64,000 nt of DNA, from contig JAYEGM010000222.1 in NCBI GenBank assembly GCA_034659075.1, positions 290 through 64,289 on the forward strand. Direction: 5' to 3'. The notes beneath the pieces are model-generated. The model did no database searches, had not been told where the DNA came from, and saw nothing but the letters and a program-made list of their open reading frames with translations. The position numbers and the translations under genes are program-made. The first letter of the stretch is position 1, and every line of letters starts with the position of its first letter. Source of the DNA: Pseudomonadota bacterium (lineage in GTDB: Bacteria > Pseudomonadota > Gammaproteobacteria > BMS3Bbin11). Positions 21,154 through 31,554 of the stretch are shown piece by piece.

Positions 21154-23787
21154 ATGCGTGATGCCACCCCTTCAGCTATATACCTGAAAGACTACCATAA
21201 ACCCGATTATCTGATTGACACGGTTGATCTTGAATTCGACCTAAAACCTGACCAGACGACTGTCTCTTCCCGCATGCAGGTTCGTCGCCGTGAGGGCGTT
21301 TCAGCCTCTGCACCGTTGTTGCTTGATGGGCAGGAACTTGAACTTATTTCAGTCACTATTAACGATGCACAACAGGATGTATCCAGCCTGCTGCTGACCG
21401 ATAGTGAACTGACACTGACATCACTGCCGGACCGATTTACCCTTGAAATTATCTGCGCCATCAGACCTGAGTTAAACACTAAGCTCGAAGGTCTGTATAA
21501 ATCCGGCAGCATGTACTGCACGCAATGTGAAGCCGAAGGCTTCCGGCGCATTACTTATTTTCCTGATCGGCCGGATATCATGGCACGCTTCAGCACCCGT
21601 ATTATTGCCGATAAAACCGACTATCCCGTACTGCTTTCAAACGGCAACCTTGTGGAGGATGGAGACAGTGATGACAATCGTCACTGGACATACTGGGAAG
21701 ACCCCTACCCTAAACCCTGTTATCTGTTTGCTCTGGTTGCCGGCCCGCTAACTGTACTCGAGGACAGCTACCGCACAACATCTGGCCGCGAAGTCGCGCT
21801 GAAGCTTTATACCGAACCCCACAATAGCAGTAAAACCGATCATGCCATGTGCTCTCTAAAACAGGCCATGCAGTGGGATGAAGAAGTCTTTGGCCTCGAA
21901 TATGATCTCGATTGTTTCATGATCGTCGCAGTCGATGATTTCAACATGGGTGCAATGGAAAACAAGGGCCTGAATATTTTTAACACCGCCTGCGTACTGG
22001 CCCGGCCTGACACAGCGACGGATGCCGACTATGACCGTATACAGTCTATTGTTGGTCATGAATATTTCCATAACTGGACCGGTAACCGCGTCACCTGCCG
22101 CGACTGGTTTCAGCTGAGTCTGAAAGAAGGTTTAACAGTTTTTCGGGACCAGGAGTTTAGCGCAGACCTTAACTCTCGCGCAGTCAAACGAATTGAAGAA
22201 GTGCGCGTGCTGCGCGGCCATCAGTTTCCTGAAGATGACGGCCCGACAGCACATTCTGTAAGACCGGATAATTACATAGAAATAAGCAACTTCTACACCT
22301 CTACCATCTACCGCAAAGGAGCTGAAGTTATCCGCATGATGCATACACTGATCGGCGGCGATGCCTTTCGACGGGGCATGGATCTTTACTTCAAGCGCCA
22401 CGATGGCCAGGCGGTCACTACGGATGATTTTGTCTGTGCCATGGAAGATGCAAGCCAACAGGACCTGGGGCAATTTCGTCTCTGGTACAGCCAGGCCGGG
22501 ACACCGGAACTTGAAATCAGTACGGAGTTTGATGAAGTAAAAGCTGAGCTGAAACTTGAGGTCAGTCAGCATACGCCTGTCACCCCCGGTCAGTCGAATA
22601 AACTGCCTTTGCATATCCCCTTCTCCATCGGCCTGATCGATAAATGTGGCAACGACATCACCGTGCAACTCAGCAGTGAAAAGACTGCCCCTGCAGCAGG
22701 CACCCGGACATTGGATGTTCGCAACAGCAGCGAAACTTTTATTTTCAAAACAGGTAGTAATCGACCGCAGCTTTCGCTGCTGCGAAATTTCTCTGCACCG
22801 GTTCGCATCATCAGCAAACAGTCACTGGAAGAACTCTGCTTTCTACTACGCTACGACAGCGATCCGTTTAATCGGTGGGAAGCCGGCCAGCAACTGGCCA
22901 TGGCACAGATGCAGGCTCTCATAACAGATAAAAACCACCAGGTCCCGGATACTGTCTTCGATGCCTACGCAGAGGTACTCGAAAATCCAGCGCTGGATCC
23001 CACTCTGATTTCCGAGATATTTATCCTGCCGGGTGAAAGCTATCTTGCCGACAATATGGAAACCGTGGACATTGATGGCATACACAGAGCAAGCCGGCAC
23101 TTCGCAAAGCTTCTTGCAAAAAAACTGGAAAGCCAGTTCAGCGCAATTGCAGAGAGAAAAGTCACCCGCACAGCTTACAGTTTTAACGCCAAGGACGTTG
23201 CCAGGCGAAGATTGCACAATCTGTCTTTATCATACCTGATGGAACTACCCGACAGTAAATATGTAAAGCTTTGTTTGCAGCACTTTCAGCAGGCAGACAA
23301 CATGACCGACAGCCTGAATGCACTGATTGCCCTGTCAAACCGCGATTGTGGTGCATGCAACCAGGCGCTGGAGTCATTCTACGAAAAATGGTCTGCTGAT
23401 GTTCTGGTGGTGAATAAGTGGCTATCTGTACAGGCCATGTCCCGCTTGCCGGGCACACTCGACAGAGTTCGTGCGTTAACTGAACATGAAGCTTTTGAAA
23501 TCAGAAACCCCAATAAAGTACGTGCACTGATTGGCACTTTCTGTAGCGCTAACCAGGCCCAGTTTCATGCGGAAGATGGTCAGGGTTACGCCTTTCTGAC
23601 TGAATATATCATCAGTATTGATGCACTGAATCCGCAGATTGCTGCCAGGCTATTGACGCCCCTGACAAGATGGAAGCGCATGGATAGCAAGCGTCAATTG
23701 CTGATGAAAAAGGCTTTGGAGATTATACTCTCGCATGCAGGACTGTCCCGTGATGTGTATGAAATTGTCAGTAAGTCGCTGGCCTGA
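21154..23787 (+). CDS. pepN: Aminopeptidase N
   Basis: 877 aa; GAMEN and HEYFHNWTGNRVT...LKEG zinc motifs. Confidence 0.97.
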   Translation: MRDATPSAIYLKDYHKPDYLIDTVDLEFDLKPDQTTVSSRMQVRRREGVSASAPLLLDGQELELISVTINDAQQDVSSLLLTDSELTLTSLPDRFTLEIICAIRPELNTKLEGLYKSGSMYCTQCEAEGFRRITYFPDRPDIMARFSTRIIADKTDYPVLLSNGNLVEDGDSDDNRHWTYWEDPYPKPCYLFALVAGPLTVLEDSYRTTSGREVALKLYTEPHNSSKTDHAMCSLKQAMQWDEEVFGLEYDLDCFMIVAVDDFNMGAMENKGLNIFNTACVLARPDTATDADYDRIQSIVGHEYFHNWTGNRVTCRDWFQLSLKEGLTVFRDQEFSADLNSRAVKRIEEVRVLRGHQFPEDDGPTAHSVRPDNYIEISNFYTSTIYRKGAEVIRMMHTLIGGDAFRRGMDLYFKRHDGQAVTTDDFVCAMEDASQQDLGQFRLWYSQAGTPELEISTEFDEVKAELKLEVSQHTPVTPGQSNKLPLHIPFSIGLIDKCGNDITVQLSSEKTAPAAGTRTLDVRNSSETFIFKTGSNRPQLSLLRNFSAPVRIISKQSLEELCFLLRYDSDPFNRWEAGQQLAMAQMQALITDKNHQVPDTVFDAYAEVLENPALDPTLISEIFILPGESYLADNMETVDIDGIHRASRHFAKLLAKKLESQFSAIAERKVTRTAYSFNAKDVARRRLHNLSLSYLMELPDSKYVKLCLQHFQQADNMTDSLNALIALSNRDCGACNQALESFYEKWSADVLVVNKWLSVQAMSRLPGTLDRVRALTEHEAFEIRNPNKVRALIGTFCSANQAQFHAEDGQGYAFLTEYIISIDALNPQIAARLLTPLTRWKRMDSKRQLLMKKALEIILSHAGLSRDVYEIVSKSLA

Positions 23788-23902
23788 TTCTATGTGAAGC
23801 CAGTCTGCGATTCTCTCCCTTACAAGCAACGCCACTGATAACACGGTCTTTTACAGCAAAACATCAGTTATAATCATCAGAAATTAACTTTGTGATCTAC
23901 TG

Positions 23903-26900
23903 ATGAATTCATCCAGCCAGCAATCAATCGCTGACCTTTCCTTTGATTCCCTGAATACTGTTTCAGGCCTGCAGCAATTGGACCAGAACTTTCTTGCTGT
24001 GCTTGCTAACAGGGATCCATCGTTGCACAGGACATTGCTCGCCTATCGCCAGCAAAATATAAATCTCACTGCCATTGATCTGAGTGAATTTCTCCTTGCA
24101 CTAGCACCGTATATCGAAGCATATATTGCACTGAATTTCGGAATCGAAAATGAAACCGAAGCATCGCATAACCGTATCAATAACGAAAAAGCAATCCACG
24201 TATTTAAAAAACAATTCGTCCAACGCCGCTCACGCCGATATCGTGGCGACATGGACATTCCTTTTACTGAGCTTGATCAGTGGCTGAATAAACAGATAAG
24301 CAACAACGAAGACCGGGAACTTGCTGTCTCTCAATTTGCCATTGGTTTGCTTGAGGACACTGAAAAATTTAAGGAAGACATCCGGCGCCTTATACAATGG
24401 GTCATCCACATCCGGAAAAATAATGTGGCCACCGATATCCTTGAAAACTGGGTCAGTTTCAAATTGCCGGCACTTATCGATTATGCCCAGTTAGTCCCGC
24501 TGGAAGATATTGACAATGACCCTGTAGGCAGATGTCAGGCCAGCATGGAAAATCATGTAAGACGTGACGGCTTCAGCCTGACCGACCAGCGAATGAACCT
24601 GCGCCAGATCATGGGCGAAATTAACTACTGCATCTATTGTCACGACCATGACGGGGATTTCTGTTCACGTGGTTTCCCCGAAAACAAGAAGGATTCCGAC
24701 TCAGGCTTTCGTGTTAATCCGCTCGGTGAAACCCTGACAGGCTGTCCGCTGGGAGAAAAGATCTCCGAGATGCACCTGCTCAAGCGCGATGGTTATGATA
24801 TTGCCGCCCTCGCCATGGCAACTCGTGATAATCCCATGCTGCCCGCTACCGGTCACCGTATCTGTAATGATTGCATGAAGTCCTGCATCTATCAGAAACA
24901 GGATCCGGTGAATATCCCGGAAGTGGAAACCGGCATTCTGACTGACGTACTAAAGCTTACCTGGGGGGTAGAAATTTATTTGCTGCTGGTGCGCTGGAAC
25001 CCTTTGCGTCAGGAACAATACCTGCCCGAAGAAAACAACAAACGCCGCGTACTGGTCGTCGGCCTGGGACCTGCAGGTTTTACCATGGCACACTACCTTA
25101 GCATGGCAGGCTGTAATGTTACCGGCGTAGATGGTTTGAAGCTTGAACCACTGGATGAACATCTGCTGATGTCCCCCATACGTAATTACTCCAGCATTGT
25201 AGAATCGCTGGACGACCGGGTGCTGTCCGGTTTTGGTGGTGTAGCCGAATATGGAATAACCGTACGCTGGGATAAAAATTTTCTTAAACTGATTTATATC
25301 AGCCTTGCACGGCGCAAGAATATAGGCCTTTCCGGTGGTGTCCGTTTTGGCGGCACACTCACCATCGAAGATGCCTGGGAGCAGGGCTTCGAACATATCA
25401 GCATAGCCAATGGCGCTGGCCTGCCCAGGGTAATACCCATGATTAACAGTCTGGCCCGCGGCATGCGACAGGCCAATGACTTCCTGATGGCGCTGCAACT
25501 GACCGGCGCAGCAAAATTTGATAGCCTGGCCAACCTTCAGGTGCGCCTGCCGGCGGTGGTAATTGGCGGTGGTCTGACAGCCATCGATACTGCTACCGAA
25601 CTGCAGAGCTATTATATCCGCCAGGTTGAAAAGGCTCTCATACGCTTTACAATTCTTGATACAGAAATGGGCAGAGAAAAAATCTTTGCCGGCCTCGATA
25701 AAGAAAATCAGGGCATACTTGAAACCTTTCTCGAACATGGCAAAGCCGTCGTCAACGAAAGAAAACGGGCGGCTGCTTGCAATGAAAAACCAGACTTTCT
25801 TCCTCTGCTGCGGCAATGGGGCGGCGTTACCCTGACCTACCGCCGGGGCCTGAATGAATCACCGGCTTATTTGCGCAACCACGATGAAGTGGTCAAGGCT
25901 CTGCAGGAAGGCATCTATTATGCCGAAGGCGTGGAACCCGTCGAAGCCATGCTTGATGAGTATGGCCATGTATCAGGACTCAGATGCAGGGTTAAACAGC
26001 AACGCGATGGCCGCTGGCTGGCCAGCGAAGAACAAGTTTTACCCGCACGTGCGATCATGGTGGCGGCCGGTGCATCACCCAATACTATTTATGAAAATGA
26101 ATACCCCGGTAGCTTTAAAATGGAAGGCAATCACTTTTTGCCGCATATTTGCCACCCTTCAGGGGTGCAGCCCGTGGCGGTTGCCGAAAACTGCAAGGTG
26201 GATGAATTTGGTCCATTTACCTCCTATGCGTATCAGGACAAACGCATCAGTTTTATTGGAGACACGCACCCGGTTTTTCATGGCAGCGTGGTAAAAGCCA
26301 TTGCCTCAAGTCAGCGCACTTACCCTGAAATCATCAAATTACTCGATCAGCAAACTGAAGACCCAATGCGTGAAGAGGGTGATAATTTCACATCAGATTT
26401 CCAGCAGCAGCTATCTGCTACTGTTGATCGCATCGATGCATCACACCCTGCCGTTGTGGAAATATGGGTCAGGGCGCCAATGGCGGCAAAGAACTTTCAG
26501 CCCGGACAATTTTTCCGCCTGCAGACATTTGAAAAATATAGTCGCGTAGTGGCCGGCACACGTTTACAGATCCCCTTACAAACGGTCAGCGGCGCCGGAG
26601 TGGAGGGAGATTGCGTGCGACTGCTGCTATTACGTTTCGGGGCCAACGCTCGCATTGCTGAACAACTCAAGCCCGGCGACCCGCTGGTGCTGATGGGGCC
26701 GACAGGATCACCGGCAGAGCTGGGGCACCAGCGTACTGTACTGGTGATTGCTGGAGCATGGGGAGCTGCAGTAATGATAGACCTGGGCAGAGCCCTGCGT
26801 GCAGCAGGTAACCGTGTCCTGTTTTTCGCCTCCTTTCGCTGCCAGGATGACATCTATTTTAAAGATGAACTGGAACAATGTGCAGACCAGATCGTCTGGG

Positions 26901-27382
26901 CCAGTACATCAGAGGCACTTATTGAATGCCGCCGTCCTCAAGACAGCAGTATTCAGCAAGCCAACATCATTCAGTTGATCAAGGATTATGATAACGGCAG
27001 TATTTCTACTGACAATACTGAAAAGCTGATCAAGTTGTCTGATGTGGATGAAATTATGATTATGGGTTCTACCGGCCTTCTGAAATCCATGCAGCATTCA
27101 CTTAAAGATGACCTGAAACCTCTGTTCAAGAGGGGTGTACATGCCACTGGTACTGTCGGCAGCCCGATGCAATGCATGATGAAAGGTGTTTGTGGACAAT
27201 GCCTGCAATGGCAGATAGACCCTGCGACAGGCAAACGCACACGGGCCGTCTTTTCCTGCGCCAAACAGGACCAGCCCCTGTCATGGATTGATCTTGAAAA
27301 CCTCGCTGCGCGTCAGTCGCAGAACAGGCTGTCAGAATACATGACAGGTCTATGGGCAAATCATGTACTTCAGAGCAGCTGA
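23903..27382 (+). CDS. Large multidomain Fe-S/FAD/NAD(P)-dependent oxidoreductase (GltD/NfnB-like domain fused to PyrK/NfnA-like FNR-type domain)
   Basis: Cys clusters CIYCHDHDGDFC, CPLGEKISEMH, CNDCMKSC; two Rossmann-type dinucleotide motifs VLVVGLGPAGFTMAH and VVIGGGLTAIDTATE (GltD-like); C-terminal PGQFFRLQTF...MGPTGSP...VLVIAGAWGAA...CGQC resembles PyrK-type FAD/NAD domain with a 2Fe-2S motif. Confidence 0.7.
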   Translation: MNSSSQQSIADLSFDSLNTVSGLQQLDQNFLAVLANRDPSLHRTLLAYRQQNINLTAIDLSEFLLALAPYIEAYIALNFGIENETEASHNRINNEKAIHVFKKQFVQRRSRRYRGDMDIPFTELDQWLNKQISNNEDRELAVSQFAIGLLEDTEKFKEDIRRLIQWVIHIRKNNVATDILENWVSFKLPALIDYAQLVPLEDIDNDPVGRCQASMENHVRRDGFSLTDQRMNLRQIMGEINYCIYCHDHDGDFCSRGFPENKKDSDSGFRVNPLGETLTGCPLGEKISEMHLLKRDGYDIAALAMATRDNPMLPATGHRICNDCMKSCIYQKQDPVNIPEVETGILTDVLKLTWGVEIYLLLVRWNPLRQEQYLPEENNKRRVLVVGLGPAGFTMAHYLSMAGCNVTGVDGLKLEPLDEHLLMSPIRNYSSIVESLDDRVLSGFGGVAEYGITVRWDKNFLKLIYISLARRKNIGLSGGVRFGGTLTIEDAWEQGFEHISIANGAGLPRVIPMINSLARGMRQANDFLMALQLTGAAKFDSLANLQVRLPAVVIGGGLTAIDTATELQSYYIRQVEKALIRFTILDTEMGREKIFAGLDKENQGILETFLEHGKAVVNERKRAAACNEKPDFLPLLRQWGGVTLTYRRGLNESPAYLRNHDEVVKALQEGIYYAEGVEPVEAMLDEYGHVSGLRCRVKQQRDGRWLASEEQVLPARAIMVAAGASPNTIYENEYPGSFKMEGNHFLPHICHPSGVQPVAVAENCKVDEFGPFTSYAYQDKRISFIGDTHPVFHGSVVKAIASSQRTYPEIIKLLDQQTEDPMREEGDNFTSDFQQQLSATVDRIDASHPAVVEIWVRAPMAAKNFQPGQFFRLQTFEKYSRVVAGTRLQIPLQTVSGAGVEGDCVRLLLLRFGANARIAEQLKPGDPLVLMGPTGSPAELGHQRTVLVIAGAWGAAVMIDLGRALRAAGNRVLFFASFRCQDDIYFKDELEQCADQIVWASTSEALIECRRPQDSSIQQANIIQLIKDYDNGSISTDNTEKLIKLSDVDEIMIMGSTGLLKSMQHSLKDDLKPLFKRGVHATGTVGSPMQCMMKGVCGQCLQWQIDPATGKRTRAVFSCAKQDQPLSWIDLENLAARQSQNRLSEYMTGLWANHVLQSS

Positions 27383-27393
27383 AACAGGTTTTG

Positions 27394-29748
27394 TTAAAAA
27401 TGGATTTTATTACTATATATGTCTTCAGGTTTGACGGGCCTGCTAAAGTAATAGCCCTGCCCCATATCACATCCACTCTCAACCAGGAAATCGTACTGTT
27501 CCTTCTTTTCAACACCTTCCGCTATGACACTTATCCCAAGCTCCCTAGACATATTTATGATGCCGCGAATCAAGTTGCTGTCAGCTTCATCATCCGGCAC
27601 GCGCTGAATAAAGGCCTGATCAATTTTCAGGATATCTACAGCAAAGCGGCGTAAGTAGCTCAGAGATGAGAACCCCGTCCCAAAGTCATCGATTGCTATT
27701 TTACATCCCACCTCACGTATCTGCTCCAGAATGATTTCATTTTTAATATTATTTTCCATCAAGCTATTTTCTGTTATCTCAAGAATAATTCTTTCCGGGC
27801 TGACATTAAAATACTGTAGCTGGCTTCGCAAAAATTCCACGAAGGTATCATCCTGCAACTGACGCGGTGACAGGTTTATAGTCAGGCTATATCGCCTGTC
27901 GCTCTGATTATCAAGGGCGTGCAGATGTAACAGAGCATTCCGTATAACAAACTGGCCTATCGGACGAATCAGACCTGTCGTTTCAGCCAGCGGGATAAAT
28001 TCAGCTGGTGAAATATTCGGGAAATCTGGATGTGAGAACCTCAGCAGAACTTCGAACAGCTCACTCGACTTGTTCTTAATATCAACAATGGGCTGAAATA
28101 CGAGTGAAAACCTTTCTTCCTGTATGCCCATGCGCAGGACGCTGTCAAGATGAAGCTGCTTCTCCATCCGCTCGTGCATGTCGCCTTGATAAAACTCACA
28201 GGCATCACCCCCTCGATTCTTTGCATGGTACATAGCGGTATCGGCTGCGCCAATCAATTCGTCCGGGTTTTCACCATCGGAAGGGAAGGTGGCAATTCCA
28301 ATGCTTGCAGATAGATGTATCTCATGCTGCAGGATACGAAACGGATCAGCCAGTGTGCATAGAATATTTTCCGCCACCTTTGATTCCAGAACTTCTTCAC
28401 GCGACTTATGTAATGCAACAATAAATTCATCACCACCAAACCGGCTAACCAGTGACTGCGCCTCTGTGGCATTTTTTATTCTAGTTCCCGCCTCTGCAAG
28501 CAATACATCACCGACACTGTGACCAAATGTATCATTGACCCATTTAAAACGGTCAAGATCAATAAAAATTACGGAGACTGGACCTTCCGTCCTGCGAGCA
28601 GTATCAAGTAATGAGCGAAACCTGGTAGAAAAGAAAAAACGGTTTGGTAAATCTGTCACTACGTCGTAATTTGCCTGCCTGAAAACAGTATCCTGTGCAT
28701 GTACCTGTTTACTGATATCAGTCATCACACACAAACTCGTCTCGACAGACTCATCATCACTATCAGGACTGAGGGAAATGGTATTTATCAAAACATCTAT
28801 TTTCTCTCCGGTATTCGTTTTGATACAGGTTTGGAAATTGGATAAACGACCGCCCCTTTCCAGTCTGTCTGGAACCTCATTGCCTTTACCCGGGAAGTTA
28901 TCACAAACCATTTCAGATAGTGTGAGTCCGATCAATGACGCTTTCCTGTAGCCCAGCTTCTGCAGAAAATAAACACTCGCATCGGTAACCACCCCTTTCG
29001 TATTCATAGAAAAGAGCAGTGCAGGCGTTTTATTATAAAGATCCTGGTAGCGCAATGCACTCTCTACCAGGAACTTCTGATTTTTATTAAGCGAACGCTG
29101 CATAGCATTAAAGGCTGCTGCCAGTGTGCCGAATTCATCGTTCCTTTTCCACTCTATTAATATTGTATTTTCCCCTTTGGCATTTTCCACGAGGGCATCC
29201 ATAATCTTGTGAATAGGCGCATGTATATGCTGCCGGTAGACACGAAACAGTACGGCAGTGAAAGCAATGAGCAATACAGTAAGCAGGAAAAGCAGCTTTA
29301 TCATTTCAATAATAGCCGTGTTCAGAAAATTTTCCGGTACCAACTGATAGCGAACTACAGCCGCAGTTCTTTTCTCACCTTTCGCTACTGGTTTTTTTAT
29401 TATTCTTGTGACAGGCATTGCCTGTATACTGTCTACCTTTCCGACTGCCGCAATTACATTTCCGGAGCTATCACTCAGTTCAATAAATGGAACATTATTA
29501 TTTACAGCTAATAGCGCAAGCAGTTTTTCAGCTTTGACTGAATCAAAATCCCCGATATCATCAGGTATAACCTTATCAAGCAGATGGAGGAATTGTTTCT
29601 GTGATGCATCCTGCCTGTTTAGTGCTGAATGCTTCTCATACAGAACAATTAATATTGCAGCCAGGATAAGCGTAAGTATGAGCGAAGGTATCAATACGCG
29701 TAAAAAAGCGGATAGAATTGTCTGCTTCTTGTTTGAAGAAAAAATCAT
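27394..29748 (-). CDS. Membrane sensor diguanylate cyclase/phosphodiesterase (PAS-GGDEF-EAL)
   Basis: 784 aa; N-terminal TM; GGDEF motif RFGGDEFIV; EAL-domain motifs EVLLRF, EITE, DDFGTGFSSLSYL. Confidence 0.9.
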   Translation of the reverse strand: MIFSSNKKQTILSAFLRVLIPSLILTLILAAILIVLYEKHSALNRQDASQKQFLHLLDKVIPDDIGDFDSVKAEKLLALLAVNNNVPFIELSDSSGNVIAAVGKVDSIQAMPVTRIIKKPVAKGEKRTAAVVRYQLVPENFLNTAIIEMIKLLFLLTVLLIAFTAVLFRVYRQHIHAPIHKIMDALVENAKGENTILIEWKRNDEFGTLAAAFNAMQRSLNKNQKFLVESALRYQDLYNKTPALLFSMNTKGVVTDASVYFLQKLGYRKASLIGLTLSEMVCDNFPGKGNEVPDRLERGGRLSNFQTCIKTNTGEKIDVLINTISLSPDSDDESVETSLCVMTDISKQVHAQDTVFRQANYDVVTDLPNRFFFSTRFRSLLDTARRTEGPVSVIFIDLDRFKWVNDTFGHSVGDVLLAEAGTRIKNATEAQSLVSRFGGDEFIVALHKSREEVLESKVAENILCTLADPFRILQHEIHLSASIGIATFPSDGENPDELIGAADTAMYHAKNRGGDACEFYQGDMHERMEKQLHLDSVLRMGIQEERFSLVFQPIVDIKNKSSELFEVLLRFSHPDFPNISPAEFIPLAETTGLIRPIGQFVIRNALLHLHALDNQSDRRYSLTINLSPRQLQDDTFVEFLRSQLQYFNVSPERIILEITENSLMENNIKNEIILEQIREVGCKIAIDDFGTGFSSLSYLRRFAVDILKIDQAFIQRVPDDEADSNLIRGIINMSRELGISVIAEGVEKKEQYDFLVESGCDMGQGYYFSRPVKPEDIYSNKIHF

Positions 29749-29829
29749 TGACTCACGGTATCGCTAATATCTATTCAGATGTCGAAAAAAAATTTTTAAT
29801 ATTTTTATTTAGTGGGTCTCTGTATTATT

Positions 29830-30717
29830 TCACTCAGAGTCAGTTCGAATCCATCTGGCATCACTGCCAAGTTCATAGGATGCCAACCCTGCCAGTATCA
29901 TAACTGCACCAACCGTAATTTGCAGGCTAAGTGGCTCATCATTCAAATACCTCCCGAGCAATAATGCCGTAACGGGTGTCACCAGTGTAATTAAAGACAC
30001 GCGTGTGGCACTAACATGCTTAAGTATATAGAAAAAAAGAGCAAATCCTAATACAGATCCAAAAATTGCCAGATACAGAATCGACATCGCTGCACGGCTA
30101 ACTATCACCTCTGGAACAGTTCCATCAATCAAATACCAGATTAAGATATAAAATGGCATAGCAAACATAAGTCCTGTAGCCGTAATAGTCAATGCGGGTA
30201 TACCATGATTGTGCTGTTTCACCTTTATTGCCGTATACGAATATATGACAGTTGACAGCAAAACGGCAACGATACCCAGCACAGCATTCACACTGAGTGA
30301 AAAACCCGTGGTGAAAATTATGGCAAGCCCTGCCAGGCCGAGAAATAGTCCAATCAGCTTATCTTTACTAAATTCATTCTCTCCATACAGAGCAAGCATT
30401 AACAGCCCGGTAATAATGGGTGACAGGCCAAAAATCAATGATATCCAGCCTGAAGGAATATATTGAGACGCCCAGTAGACAAACATCATAGAAGCCGCAA
30501 TACCGAAGCCGGAAAAGAAATATGCCTTGACTGCAGGTTTATGCCATGGGATATCCAGTCGCATAACGAGCATCAATATTATCGCTATCACGGCACCCAG
30601 CACCATTCTGCTTGATACAGCAAAAGCAAAGCCTGTGCCCTCTGCACTCCACTTAATCGCCAACGGCGTTGTAGTCCAGATTAAGATAACTGTTATATAT
30701 GACAATGGTACAGACAC
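29830..30717 (-). CDS. DMT-superfamily (EamA-like) transporter
   Basis: About 10 TM helices, EamA-like repeats. Start placed at GTG 30717 (AGGAGG RBS 7 nt upstream), because the longer ORF-track start would run through an intrinsic terminator hairpin. Confidence 0.75.
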   Translation of the reverse strand: MSVPLSYITVILIWTTTPLAIKWSAEGTGFAFAVSSRMVLGAVIAIILMLVMRLDIPWHKPAVKAYFFSGFGIAASMMFVYWASQYIPSGWISLIFGLSPIITGLLMLALYGENEFSKDKLIGLFLGLAGLAIIFTTGFSLSVNAVLGIVAVLLSTVIYSYTAIKVKQHNHGIPALTITATGLMFAMPFYILIWYLIDGTVPEVIVSRAAMSILYLAIFGSVLGFALFFYILKHVSATRVSLITLVTPVTALLLGRYLNDEPLSLQITVGAVMILAGLASYELGSDARWIRTDSE

Positions 30718-30735
30718 GACAGGCCCTCCTGACAT

Positions 30736-30767
30736 AAAAAAAGGCCACAATTCCAGGAATTGTGGCC
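30736..30767 (-). terminator. Strong intrinsic terminator (perfect 12-bp palindrome ggccacaattcc/ggaattgtggcc plus U7) immediately upstream of the DMT gene RBS
   Basis: Read directly from the sequence; on the minus strand the hairpin is followed by TTTTTTT. Confidence 0.65.
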
Positions 30768-31164
30768 TTCGCGAGCGGTAATGCTAAAAATCTGTTACAT
30801 CGTTCTACACACGCAAAGGCCACTGGACGCCAGCCAGACCACTCTCACCAGTCGGAAAAGCTGCGCCGGAATCTTTACGAATTTGATTGAAATGATAATT
30901 AACATGATTGAAGTCAGTTTGCCTATGTAAACGCAATTCTGTCAAGTATAAAGAGGAAAATAGCCAATTTGTTTTTCTTACCCTGAACAACTGGATAGAC
31001 GCTCCACATGGTTCTGGTGCCTGAAAAGGTAATACAATTATCCAAAAATAGTATTTTGGTCTATTATTAAACAGAGGGTGCAGGGATGCTCCTTTGTCAG
31101 GGTATGGAGCCAACAAGGATAATACTAAAAAAATTAATAGAGTAAGTTCCCGAGTATTTTATCT

Positions 31165-31554
31165 ATGTCTAATCGATTGTATAGATTGATTGCCGGATTA
31201 GCTCTGCTTACCGGGCTATATTTTGATCTGCCTGCAGTGATCTATGCATTGATTGCCGTCGTCCTTTTCGAAGGCATCACCAACCTTCGCATACCAGTTA
31301 TCATATCAGAAATGCGTAATACTGCAGGCGATGAAAATGAAGGAACTCTTGGTTTATCTCTACACCCACGGTTTAATTTTGATGCGGAGCGGGCCTGGCG
31401 ATTAGTCCTTGGCAGCGTCCTGATTCTTGTCTACGTCATATTCTTTGATGAGGTCTGGTATCTGGCCTGGTTTATGGGCTTTGCTATCCTTGGTGCCGGC
31501 CTGAGCGGAGTTTGTCCTCTATTCATTTCTTTGAAATATCTAGGGTTCAGATGA
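31165..31554 (+). CDS. DUF2892 (YgaP-like) small membrane protein
   Basis: 129 aa; two hydrophobic segments and conserved C-terminal GVCP motif typical of DUF2892; stop overlaps the start of the downstream GGDEF-EAL gene (ATGA). Confidence 0.55.
   Translation: MSNRLYRLIAGLALLTGLYFDLPAVIYALIAVVLFEGITNLRIPVIISEMRNTAGDENEGTLGLSLHPRFNFDAERAWRLVLGSVLILVYVIFFDEVWYLAWFMGFAILGAGLSGVCPLFISLKYLGFR

Noticed and set aside
24950-25816. 288-aa minus-strand ORF antisense within the large oxidoreductase gene
   Set aside because: Antisense to a clearly coding region with conserved dinucleotide-binding motifs; no independent support.
30805-31116. 103-aa minus-strand ORF upstream of the DMT terminator
   Set aside because: W/F-rich, no family resemblance, poor start context; the region is more plausibly a non-coding leader or sRNA (see finding).
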